A stretch of DNA of 64,000 nt. Source: Escherichia phage EPFV3-03/2025. Of this stretch, positions 55,776 through 64,000 are shown in pieces (position 1 is the stretch's first letter; each line of letters opens with the position of its first letter). The notes under the pieces are model-generated. The model saw only the letters and a list, made by a program, of their open reading frames with translations, did not search any database and had not been told where the DNA came from. The translations under genes were made by a program, and so were the position numbers. The stretch lies in the sequence record PV435126.1; one strand, written 5' to 3'.

Positions 55776-57152
55776 ATGCCATATTTAGATAAAGTGGTAG
55801 ATGTTACAGTTAACCTCGGAACCCAGCCTATTGACACTGTAGGTTTCGAAACCCCGCTGTTCATCGCTATCCACAACAACTTTACTGAGCGAGCTCGCGT
55901 ATATGCTGAGCTGGATCAGATGGTGGAAGACGGTTTCGCACAAGGCTCTGCAGCGTATGAGTTTGCAGCAAAAGCTTTTGGTGGTGTATTCCCTCCACAA
56001 TACGTTATAATCGGCAGACAGGCTAAAGAAAAAACCACTGTAGATTTTAAAGGTATTGCTGCCGCAGCTGATACCGATGTCGTAATGACTATTGCAAAAG
56101 GTAGCTACAATACTTCTCTGATAGTGCCTATCTCTGGTGGAACAGGTGCAACTCAGATTGCAGAGTCAATGAAGACTAAAATTGAAGCAGATGATAGCTT
56201 GAACGATATCACTGTAGCGGCTGAAGACGGTGTTCTCACCATCACGGGTGACTGTACTGTTGGTTATCATACTGGTAACTATACAATCAAAAATATCGCA
56301 AATGCTGAAAAACCTTCTACAGTAGTTGATAAGATCAATGCTGAGCGTGACAATTGGTACTTCCTGTGCCATGAAGACCACACCGACATTGAAGCATGTG
56401 CGAAGTGGGCTCAGGCTAACTACAAGCTGCATGTCTACTCTACTGCAGAAGATGTTACTGGTAAAGATAATAACATCGCCACCAAACTAATGGCTGCACA
56501 ATATGACAGTGTTGGCATGTACGATCCTCGTGCTGATAAAGATTTTCCAGAGGGTGGTATCGTAGGCGCTATGGCATCCAACGATCCGTCTTACGGTGAC
56601 AGCTTGCATTTAAAACAGATGCCAGGTGTGATTGCACCGTCTCTGACTTTAACTCAGCGTATGGCTATTTGGGAAAACCACGTTAACTTCTACAGAATGA
56701 TTAACGGTGTTGGCGCTTTCTGGGAAGGTAAGTGTGCTTCAGGTCAGTATGCAGACGCTATTCGTTTTGCACACTGGATCAAGTTCAGATCTGAAGAATC
56801 TATGTTTGGGTACATGCATCGTCGCTCCAACATGGGTTTAAGCATGAAGATGTCTGATGATGATCTTCCGGTTATCAAGTCTGTCCTGATGAACAACCCG
56901 ATCAACACTGGCATTAAGAATGGCGCGATCCTGACAGGTTTTGACGAAGACAACAATGTGTTCTACGACCCGATCATCACAGTTCCTAAACGTGCAGAGA
57001 TCCCAACCAATCAGCTGGCTGCTCGTGTTCTGGAAGGTGTGAAAGTAGAACTGGTGTATAACAACGCCCTGCACTTCGTTCGTATCCGGATCAACGTCCT
57101 CTTGGACAAAGTTGGTTCTAAATCCACCAATGCTGTTGCAATGACTGAATAA
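55776..57152 (+). CDS. putative tail sheath protein
   Basis: 458-aa ORF immediately upstream of a 157-aa tube-sized ORF, chaperone pair and tape measure. Confidence 0.55.
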   Translation: MPYLDKVVDVTVNLGTQPIDTVGFETPLFIAIHNNFTERARVYAELDQMVEDGFAQGSAAYEFAAKAFGGVFPPQYVIIGRQAKEKTTVDFKGIAAAADTDVVMTIAKGSYNTSLIVPISGGTGATQIAESMKTKIEADDSLNDITVAAEDGVLTITGDCTVGYHTGNYTIKNIANAEKPSTVVDKINAERDNWYFLCHEDHTDIEACAKWAQANYKLHVYSTAEDVTGKDNNIATKLMAAQYDSVGMYDPRADKDFPEGGIVGAMASNDPSYGDSLHLKQMPGVIAPSLTLTQRMAIWENHVNFYRMINGVGAFWEGKCASGQYADAIRFAHWIKFRSEESMFGYMHRRSNMGLSMKMSDDDLPVIKSVLMNNPINTGIKNGAILTGFDEDNNVFYDPIITVPKRAEIPTNQLAARVLEGVKVELVYNNALHFVRIRINVLLDKVGSKSTNAVAMTE

Positions 57153-57162
57153 GGAAGACTAG

Positions 57163-57636
57163 ATGGAAACTCAAATTTTAACTCCTTATGCGTATGACCC
57201 TAAAAAGGTCAAACTGTATCTGATGCAGCAGCGTGTCACTGGCTTCGCTGCTGACACCAAGATCGTTGTTTCAAGAAACGAAGACAACATCTACCCTCAC
57301 GTTGGTGTGGATGGTGAAATGTCTGCGGCACTGTCTCGTAACCAATCTGGTGTTATGACTGTATCCTTGCAGAACACTTCTGTATGGAACGCTTACCTTT
57401 CTGACTGGCAGAAACAGGCATCGATTACTGGTCTGGTATTCTTCCCGGTTCTGCTGGAAGGTAGCCAAGGCCCTGGTATTTCTACAATCGGTTGGATCCA
57501 GAAACAGCCTGACCTGACTTACGGAACCGAAGTAGGTCAGTTGGACTGGGATATCGGTATTCTGGATGCATGGCTCAACCGTGACAACATCACTGGTGCT
57601 CTCACTGGCCTCGCAGGTCTTGCAGGTATTATCTAA
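57163..57636 (+). CDS. putative tail tube protein
   Basis: 157-aa ORF between sheath-sized gene and chaperones. Confidence 0.55.
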   Translation: METQILTPYAYDPKKVKLYLMQQRVTGFAADTKIVVSRNEDNIYPHVGVDGEMSAALSRNQSGVMTVSLQNTSVWNAYLSDWQKQASITGLVFFPVLLEGSQGPGISTIGWIQKQPDLTYGTEVGQLDWDIGILDAWLNRDNITGALTGLAGLAGII

Positions 57637-57654
57637 GGGCACACTCTAGCATAG

Positions 57655-57685
57655 GCCTCACCTTCGGGTGGGGCTTTTTGCTTTT
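57655..57685 (+). terminator. rho-independent terminator
   Basis: gcctcacc-ttcg-ggtggggc hairpin then TTTTT. Confidence 0.7.
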
Positions 57686-57726
57686 AGGGTTTTGACACAC
57701 GTTCTTGAATTGCTTGAAAGGTTAAA

Positions 57727-57755
57727 TTGACAATGCACCATAATCATGGTAAAAT
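57727..57755 (+). promoter_or_regulatory. sigma70-like promoter with extended -10
   Basis: TTGACA-N17-TGgTAAAAT. Confidence 0.55.
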
Positions 57756-57798
57756 ACACAAATATGGTGCACAACATGACTAATAAGGATGCTATAAA

Positions 57799-58272
57799 AT
57801 GGCTATAAACTTTAGACCTACAACAGAGATTGATTTAGCAGGGCACAACTTTGTGATCACCCACTGGGGACCGATGAAAGCAATGAAAAACATGCCTAAA
57901 ATCGGTAAGATTGTAGCTGTCCCGCTAGGTGCTATCGGTGGATCTATTCTCTCAGGCGGTCAGAATATGGCAGAGGTCCTTCCTACAGCCCTGGCTTACC
58001 TGTTCCAAGAACTTGATGATAACTCTATCGAAGAGTTATTTAAAATCTTGTTCGAAGATATTACCGTGGATGGTGTGGATAAGCTTAACCCTGATGTTGT
58101 GTTTGCAGGGCATCTGCTGGAGATGATTAAGCTGGCAGGTAAGGTTCTGGAGGTTAACTACGGCTGTTTTTTCACACAAGACGGTTTAGGAAGCCTTCTG
58201 GAGATGTTACAGCAGATGGGTATGATTCAGCAGGTGAACAATCTGGATCAGACTCCGGAAGAGCAGGAATAA
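57799..58272 (+). CDS. tail assembly chaperone
   Basis: 157-aa ORF immediately upstream of the tape measure gene; contains slippery heptamer T_TTT_TTC at 58167-58173. Confidence 0.6.
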   Translation: MAINFRPTTEIDLAGHNFVITHWGPMKAMKNMPKIGKIVAVPLGAIGGSILSGGQNMAEVLPTALAYLFQELDDNSIEELFKILFEDITVDGVDKLNPDVVFAGHLLEMIKLAGKVLEVNYGCFFTQDGLGSLLEMLQQMGMIQQVNNLDQTPEEQE

Positions 58273-58532
58273 GCAAGGTTGTTGTGAGGGCCAGTGAGTG
58301 GGCAGCCAAGAACAGTTCACTCAACTGGTTCGACTTTCTTTGGTGCAGGGTGCTCAAGAATTTCAAAGGGGAAAATTTTGAATCGCTAAATCTTGCAGAT
58401 ATGGCGTATTTCCTGAAGCTCTGTGAGTATCTTGATATCGAAGAATTCCTAGATACCGTCCAAAACAGGGAAATGGAGCGGGAGCAGAAGGCTGCCGCAG
58501 CTGCTGCGAAAGCTAAGCGCAGGAGAGGATAA
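58158..58532 (+). CDS. -1 frame extension of the tail assembly chaperone (frameshift product C-terminal part)
   Basis: The -1 frame is open from 58158 to 58532 and overlaps the chaperone 3' end; slippery site 58167-58173 lies in the overlap. Confidence 0.55.
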   Translation, partial: LRLFFHTRRFRKPSGDVTADGYDSAGEQSGSDSGRAGISKVVVRASEWAAKNSSLNWFDFLWCRVLKNFKGENFESLNLADMAYFLKLCEYLDIEEFLDTVQNREMEREQKAAAAAAKAKRRRG

Positions 58533-58537
58533 TCTAA

Positions 58538-58573
58538 GGGCCGGATTCCTTTTCTGGGATCTGGCCCTTTTTA
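58538..58573 (+). terminator. hairpin terminator
   Basis: gggccggat..atctggccc hairpin then TTTTT. Confidence 0.55.
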
Positions 58574-58586
58574 TTATGAGGAAAGC

Positions 58587-60926
58587 ATGGCTACAAACAA
58601 AATAGTTGCCACAACAGTCAACAAGATTGGCTTTGAGATAGAGAACTCCTCCTACAAAAAAGCTGTAGAGAAAATTCGCAGTATTGGGAGGGAGTTCAGA
58701 AAACTGGGCGAGGATTTTAACTCAGCCAACCCAATGAGTAGATGGCAGGCAGTGGCTGTTAAAACCCAGCAAACAATGCAGCGGGTTGCCAGACAGCAAT
58801 CTCAGGCAAATGCTAAACTGCACAGGGAGAGCGTAGCACAAGCCAAGAAAGAGGCTGCAGTAAGGGCTGCAATAGAACGTAGGGAGAACGCAAGACGTAA
58901 ACAAGCTGTGGGTAATCTTACCGCTAAAAATCCAGAAATGGCTAGGATGCGTAAGTTCTACCAGCAGCAAGCTAAAGAGGCCAAAAAGGCTGCCAAATCT
59001 GCACCAGTGTCTTACGGCGGTTATAAGGCACCCAAGGCAAGAGTTTTGGCTAATGCCAAATCTTTCAAGTATATCCCTGGTAACCCTAATATGGGTGGTG
59101 TGGCTTCCGACCCTAACCTTGTGAAAGCTCAGACAGCTGCTATGAATCGTTATCATAGACAGCTAAGAAGAGACAGTAAAGCTGGTATGGATAATAAGCT
59201 TATGTCTGATCGTGAGGCAAGGAGAACCCACCTCTACAACTCTGCGATAAGACTTTCTGCCAAGTATGGAGCCGGATTCCGTGGAAGCTTGCCAGGATAC
59301 TCAGAGTTAGAGTCCAGGTTTGCTCGCGGAGAGATGAAAAAGTCAACCTTTAACGCCCACCTGTCAGCTCTGCAGTCTGGATTTAAAAGCGCCACCAGCC
59401 AAACGCTTACACTAGGCGATGCCATGAGAGACTTACGTAGATCTGTTATTAATGCAACAGCTGCGTATACGGCTTTCTCTGGATTTACTGCTGTGAACAG
59501 ATCTGGTCACATGATGGAGGGGGCAAGTGCTGCTCTTACTGCTGTTACTGGAGATCCAAACAAAGCCAACAGTGAGGTTGCGTTTGTCCAGCAAGAGGCT
59601 ATGCGTCTTGGTTTTGATCTCAAATCTGGTCTTCAAGGTTACGCCCAGATGGCGGTAAACGCCAAAAACCAGATGACAAATCAGGAAGTGCATGAGCTAT
59701 TCTCTGCATACTCACAGTATGCTGCTGCTTATGGTGCGGATGAGGTAAAATACCAGCGCGGTATTATGGCAATCCAGCAAATGCTTGGTAAAGGACAGGT
59801 AATGTCCGAAGAACTGAAGCAACAACTTGCTGAAGCATTGCCCGGTGCATACGAACCTTTTATCAAAGCCACCAAAGAGGCTTTTGGTCTTTCTGAACTA
59901 TCCATGGATCAGTTCATGGACATGATGAAGAAAGGTGAGGTTAAGACAGCCAAGATCATGAAGTATGTAGCTAAGTACATGAACGAGGCATCTGCAGCTG
60001 GTTATGAAAGAATGCAGAAGTCTAACGTACTGGCAGAAAACAGACTGAAAACCTTCATCGAACTATCTCGTCAGAAGCTGTTCACCCGTTGGGCTGATGA
60101 ATTAACAGAGTTCTATTATACACTGATTCGCACAGGTGAGACTTTGCAATTTGTGTGGGATGCCTCTGGTGATTTTGTTAGCGGTTTTGTGAGAGGTCTC
60201 AACTGGGTAGTTGGCGAACTAAACAATACCATAGTCAAGATCCGCATGTTTTTCCTTGAATGGGGGATTAAATGGGGATTCATAACAGCTAAGACGAAGG
60301 AATATTCTGAAGAGCTTAATGACACCTTTAGCTATGCTAAATGGGCAGGGTTTGCTGCTGCCATCATGCTGGTAGTGAACGCCCTGACAAAAGGTTTTGT
60401 CATGGCATCTATGCTTGTAAAAACCTTCAAATTCCTTAGTTCTATAAGAGGCGCAGCTGGAGCAGCAGGTGCAGGTGCAGCTACCACAGAAGGATCTGGT
60501 GGTGGTGCGGCAGGAAAAGGGGGAGGTGGCCTCAAGACACCTGGTGGTAAAGTTGGCCTGCTTGGGAAGCTTGGTATTATCGGTACAATATTAAGTGCCG
60601 GGGAGTTATTTAATGACCGTTTCAACCCGCTAAGTGAGAGAAATCAGCAACTGGATACTATCAGTGATATGATTCGCAAAGATATCATATCGGGAGGTAA
60701 CGGATTTGTTGATCCTTTGGACACCTTGCCGGGAGGAACTCTTCCGTTGCCGGGTGGTCCTGGTTTTGCTTCTCAATTAAGAACTATGGAAATGCTACCT
60801 TTAGAGATCAGCGATGGGAAAATCACGATTTCAATAGATGAGGGTGAGTTTAGCAAAATACTTGATGCAAAACTTGAGTGGGAGAATAACAAAGATATTA
60901 ACTTTATGTCAACAGATCTTTGGTAA
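58587..60926 (+). CDS. tail tape measure protein
   Basis: 779 aa; long helical N-terminal half, Gly/Ala-rich segment and hydrophobic segments in the C-terminal half; follows the chaperone pair. Confidence 0.75.
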   Translation: MATNKIVATTVNKIGFEIENSSYKKAVEKIRSIGREFRKLGEDFNSANPMSRWQAVAVKTQQTMQRVARQQSQANAKLHRESVAQAKKEAAVRAAIERRENARRKQAVGNLTAKNPEMARMRKFYQQQAKEAKKAAKSAPVSYGGYKAPKARVLANAKSFKYIPGNPNMGGVASDPNLVKAQTAAMNRYHRQLRRDSKAGMDNKLMSDREARRTHLYNSAIRLSAKYGAGFRGSLPGYSELESRFARGEMKKSTFNAHLSALQSGFKSATSQTLTLGDAMRDLRRSVINATAAYTAFSGFTAVNRSGHMMEGASAALTAVTGDPNKANSEVAFVQQEAMRLGFDLKSGLQGYAQMAVNAKNQMTNQEVHELFSAYSQYAAAYGADEVKYQRGIMAIQQMLGKGQVMSEELKQQLAEALPGAYEPFIKATKEAFGLSELSMDQFMDMMKKGEVKTAKIMKYVAKYMNEASAAGYERMQKSNVLAENRLKTFIELSRQKLFTRWADELTEFYYTLIRTGETLQFVWDASGDFVSGFVRGLNWVVGELNNTIVKIRMFFLEWGIKWGFITAKTKEYSEELNDTFSYAKWAGFAAAIMLVVNALTKGFVMASMLVKTFKFLSSIRGAAGAAGAGAATTEGSGGGAAGKGGGGLKTPGGKVGLLGKLGIIGTILSAGELFNDRFNPLSERNQQLDTISDMIRKDIISGGNGFVDPLDTLPGGTLPLPGGPGFASQLRTMEMLPLEISDGKITISIDEGEFSKILDAKLEWENNKDINFMSTDLW

Positions 60927-60939
60927 TAAACAGCACACA

Positions 60940-60965
60940 GGGGGCTCCGGCCCCCTTTATTTTAT
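60940..60965 (+). terminator. rho-independent terminator
   Basis: gggggc-tccg-gccccc hairpin then T-rich run. Confidence 0.6.
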
Positions 60966-61032
60966 CGGTGTTGTAAAAACGGCTATTTTATGATACAATA
61001 TTTAGATGGTATCGGAGTGTCCTGGAGAGGTT

Positions 61033-61917
61033 ATGCCAAGCAATATAGTTGATGAAAAAGACCTGTACAAGCCTCAAGAGGTTAAATCTCCAAAGGCTGA
61101 AAAGGCAGAGCAGCAAGCTGAAAGCGATGTAAAATACACTATGTTTGTCAGCGGTCTTAACTATGGTGGTCGCAATACGGAGATGAAGGGTAAAAACTTT
61201 ACTAACGATCTTGCCATCATCTTCGATCAGATTGAGAACTACTCTTTCAAACATACGGTTGATAAGACTGATTTTGCGGTGGAAGATAAATCTACCCTGT
61301 CAGACCACGCTGTAATTAAAGATGGTGTATTTTCTTTTACTGGTAGGGTAAATACATCACCACATATAATCTATGAGCAAAACTACATTGACAGGAATAC
61401 TGACTCTAAAAACCCTGCAGCATCTATGCGACCAGGCGCTGCACTAGAGGCTTTGACTGAGATCATTAATAAGCGCCAGTTGGTTTCTTTGGTTACCGAG
61501 GAGAGACTCCTTGAGAACTACATCATAACCAGCCTTTCTGCCAACAAGTCTGTTGGTGAAGGTGCTGCGATGGTGTTTGATGTAGAACTTACAGAGTTCC
61601 GCACATTCTACTTGAACAAGGTTGTTAATGCAACTGTATACAGCAACCCTAAGAAAGTAGGCAAGACCCAGCAAAAAGGTGCTGTCAACGACTGTAAGAA
61701 TGGCAGCAACGTAGGTAACAAGAGGGACACAGGGGCATTTGCAGACACTGCATCCACAAATGCCGCAGAAGAGTGGCAGCCATACAAATCTATGATGTGG
61801 ACGGATGAAAACGGTGTTACTCAATCTGCTGCGGATTGGTATTATCAGGAATATGGAAGACCTTCTACCATAGTCCCATCTGAGCAGGGAAACTACAACA
61901 AAGTTAACGGAAAATAA
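61033..61917 (+). CDS. hypothetical tail or baseplate protein
   Basis: ORF 61006..61917, start probably MPSNIV. Confidence 0.5.
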   Translation: MPSNIVDEKDLYKPQEVKSPKAEKAEQQAESDVKYTMFVSGLNYGGRNTEMKGKNFTNDLAIIFDQIENYSFKHTVDKTDFAVEDKSTLSDHAVIKDGVFSFTGRVNTSPHIIYEQNYIDRNTDSKNPAASMRPGAALEALTEIINKRQLVSLVTEERLLENYIITSLSANKSVGEGAAMVFDVELTEFRTFYLNKVVNATVYSNPKKVGKTQQKGAVNDCKNGSNVGNKRDTGAFADTASTNAAEEWQPYKSMMWTDENGVTQSAADWYYQEYGRPSTIVPSEQGNYNKVNGK

Positions 61918-61932
61918 TAAGGGGAGCGTGTA

Positions 61933-62313
61933 ATGGAACTTAAAGATTGGTGCATAATCACCTTTGTGTGGGACATTGACGGCTTTCCTGATCAAACCAT
62001 GCGTGTTGTTTTAGACAATGAGACGTATGAAATGCGTATGCAATGGAATGAGAGGGATGAGTCCTGGTGGTTATCTCTTGGTCCGGTAGGTGACAGCCCT
62101 TTAGTAACCAGAAAAGTAACAGCCTGTCAAGATATTTTAGACGGACTGCATTACAGAGACGATTTACCGAAAGGTAGATTGATGGCGCTGTCGTTTAAAG
62201 ACGATCAATATTGGGGAAGGGTTGGAAGATACAACCTTGGAGCAAGATCTGAGCTGCAACTTGTATACGGCACCCCAGTTGATCTTTACAAGGAACAGCA
62301 AGGGTTAGAGTAA
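61933..62313 (+). CDS. hypothetical tail or baseplate protein
   Basis: 126-aa ORF. Confidence 0.5.
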   Translation: MELKDWCIITFVWDIDGFPDQTMRVVLDNETYEMRMQWNERDESWWLSLGPVGDSPLVTRKVTACQDILDGLHYRDDLPKGRLMALSFKDDQYWGRVGRYNLGARSELQLVYGTPVDLYKEQQGLE

Positions 62314-63311
62314 TGGCAGAGTACAGACGTAGAACATGGCGATTGCTATTTGGTCGTCCTGTAGAGCATGGCGGTAAATCAAAAACCAATATCCCAAAAT
62401 CTGTTGAAAAGAAAGGAGAGAGTGATTCCGGAGTTTATGAGATTAGCTCGGACACTGGTGCTGCCAATATAGAGTTTGACATACAAAAGGACAATACCAA
62501 AGAGCCAAACAAAGGCTATGTGACAGTTTACAACCTGTCTGACGATACAGTTAACTATCTGGATATGCATCAAGCTGATGCTCTTGCAGTTATGTTTGAG
62601 GCTGGCTATGATAATGAGAACCAGTTAATATTCTCCGGAACTGTAGAGTTTGTTGAGGACAGATGGGAAGGCCCGACCAGAAAAACTAAGTTCATCTTTG
62701 GGGATGGCACTGAGAACATTATTAAGTGCCAAAGCACAAGATCTTATCAGAAAGGTACACCTCTGAACTCTGTGCTTAATGACCTGCTGAAGGATATGAA
62801 CTTGCCAAAAGGTAGGGTTGTTGGTTTTGGAAACCAGACTTTGCAATACTCTATGGCTTTCTCCGGAAACACCGCAGAAAACCTCCGCAGGTTTGCAAGG
62901 CTGACAAACTCAACATTCAGCGTTCAGGACGGTGCTTTATATTGGACCAAGGTTGGAAAAAGGTTCAAGGACTCTGTGTTTGAAATAAGTGCAGAGTCTG
63001 GGATGCACGGATCACCTACCCCTAAAAACCCAGAACCTGCTAAAAAGCGAAAAGCTAAAGCTGCTGCGAAAGGCGGCACAAGTAAGAAAAAGAAAAACCC
63101 GAGAGAGGATGTTGGTCTTACTGTAACCACATGTCTTAACGGGGCTATCCTCCCAGAGTCCACCATTTATCTTAAAAGCAGGCAATACACAGGCTTCTAT
63201 AAGGTGATCACAGTGCATCATAAGGGCACCATAGAAGGTGGTGATTACACTACGGAGCTTGGCCTTGGGGAAACAGTGGGTGGAGTTGTTGACAAAACTG
63301 AGGAGGTATAA
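62313..63311 (+). CDS. hypothetical baseplate or tail protein
   Basis: 332-aa ORF, start overlaps previous stop. Confidence 0.5.
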   Translation: MAEYRRRTWRLLFGRPVEHGGKSKTNIPKSVEKKGESDSGVYEISSDTGAANIEFDIQKDNTKEPNKGYVTVYNLSDDTVNYLDMHQADALAVMFEAGYDNENQLIFSGTVEFVEDRWEGPTRKTKFIFGDGTENIIKCQSTRSYQKGTPLNSVLNDLLKDMNLPKGRVVGFGNQTLQYSMAFSGNTAENLRRFARLTNSTFSVQDGALYWTKVGKRFKDSVFEISAESGMHGSPTPKNPEPAKKRKAKAAAKGGTSKKKKNPREDVGLTVTTCLNGAILPESTIYLKSRQYTGFYKVITVHHKGTIEGGDYTTELGLGETVGGVVDKTEEV

Positions 63312-63988
63312 TGGCAATAAATAGGAAAGATGCTGCTGTAAGATCCTTTATAGAAAAAATAATGAGGGACTACCACACCAGTATCAGGGCCAGAGTTGTC
63401 AGTGTAGATTACAGTATCCCCTCCGCAGCAGTGCAGCCAATAGCTGAAACCACGTTTGATGACGGGGATGTTGAGAGGTACCCTCTTATTTATGACGTTC
63501 CGATCCAGGTAATGTCTGCAAACAGCGGGAAGGCAAGGTTAACACTCCCTATTAAGGCTGGTGATGTTGTAGGGTTGCAGTTTTCAGAGAGAAATGAAAA
63601 CAATAACGACGATCAACAAACTCACGGCCTGTTTCCAGGGTGGGCAATAACCTCTGTTCATTCAGACTCGAACGCTCTGCAGATCGATCCTGATAATGTA
63701 GAGTTATGGAATGATAGGGTTTATTTTAAACTGACACCTTCTGGTGATTTTGAGCTTCAAACACCTGGTGGGACATTACGGTGCGACAGTAGCGGGGAGT
63801 TTTCTTTCACTAACGGGGCTGCCAATTTACGAGCTGCTGTGGATGGGAATATTAGAATGAATGGTGCCACAATAGACCCATCGGGTAGAATCATAACTGC
63901 TGCTGGTGTGGATTTGGACTCATTCTATGCAGAATATAAAGGTCATACCCACTCTTGCCCTGATGGTGAGACAAGTGGACCGCACTAA
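63311..63988 (+). CDS. putative baseplate spike/assembly protein
   Basis: 225-aa ORF in baseplate position. Confidence 0.45.
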   Translation: MAINRKDAAVRSFIEKIMRDYHTSIRARVVSVDYSIPSAAVQPIAETTFDDGDVERYPLIYDVPIQVMSANSGKARLTLPIKAGDVVGLQFSERNENNNDDQQTHGLFPGWAITSVHSDSNALQIDPDNVELWNDRVYFKLTPSGDFELQTPGGTLRCDSSGEFSFTNGAANLRAAVDGNIRMNGATIDPSGRIITAAGVDLDSFYAEYKGHTHSCPDGETSGPH

Positions 63989-64000
63989 TAGAGGGCTTGC

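Noticed and set aside
1-64000. Prophage integration or other mobile-element hallmarks (integrase, transposase, att sites)
   Set aside because: No tyrosine or serine recombinase or transposase motifs were recognised in any ORF; the only mobile-element signature is the intron-borne HNH endonuclease.

Overview
This window reads as a large contiguous piece of a tailed dsDNA bacteriophage genome (myovirus-type tail, lambda-like head genes), probably infecting an enterobacterium; this is an inference from gene content, sigma70-like promoters and E. coli-like tRNAs. All calls rest on reading the sequence and the supplied ORF translations; no database search or folding was run. Layout: (i) 1-2900, a partial plus-strand gene followed by about 2.5 kb of ORF-poor, repeat-rich DNA; (ii) 2939-14700, about 35 tightly packed small minus-strand genes, mostly unknown, including tandem paralogous families of small acidic proteins and a ribosome hibernation factor (HPF/RaiA) homolog; (iii) 14641-40558, a minus-strand nucleotide and DNA metabolism block: two DNA methyltransferases, ClpP-like protease, PhoH, NrdG, an nrdD split by a candidate group I intron carrying an HNH endonuclease, glutaredoxin, NrdB, NrdA, ThyX, HAD nucleotidase, T4 endonuclease VII-like and RuvC-like resolvases, T4 RNase H-like 5'-3' exonuclease, lambda R-like endolysin, ATP-dependent DNA ligase, MazG-like protein, a Sir2-family protein and an RNA ligase; (iv) a strand switch near 40600, then on the plus strand a Pnkp-like kinase and a metallophosphoesterase (an RNA-repair module together with the divergent ligase), a wHTH protein followed by four tandem palindromic 21-22 bp repeats and an AT-rich tract (candidate origin), two GC-rich ORF-free segments, and a cluster of 6 tRNAs plus one oversized tRNA-like element; (v) 45800-64000, the lysis and morphogenesis module: i-spanin/o-spanin pair, large terminase, portal, scaffold, putative decoration and major capsid proteins, connector proteins, sheath, tube, a chaperone pair with a -1 frameshift site, tape measure and baseplate proteins. 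No CRISPR array, integrase or transposase was seen. The most promising candidates for an undescribed system are the tandem array of diversified small acidic paralogs, the translation/NAD-related host-manipulation genes (HPF, Sir2, MazG-like), the split RNA-repair module next to the tRNA cluster, and the ORF-free structured segments.
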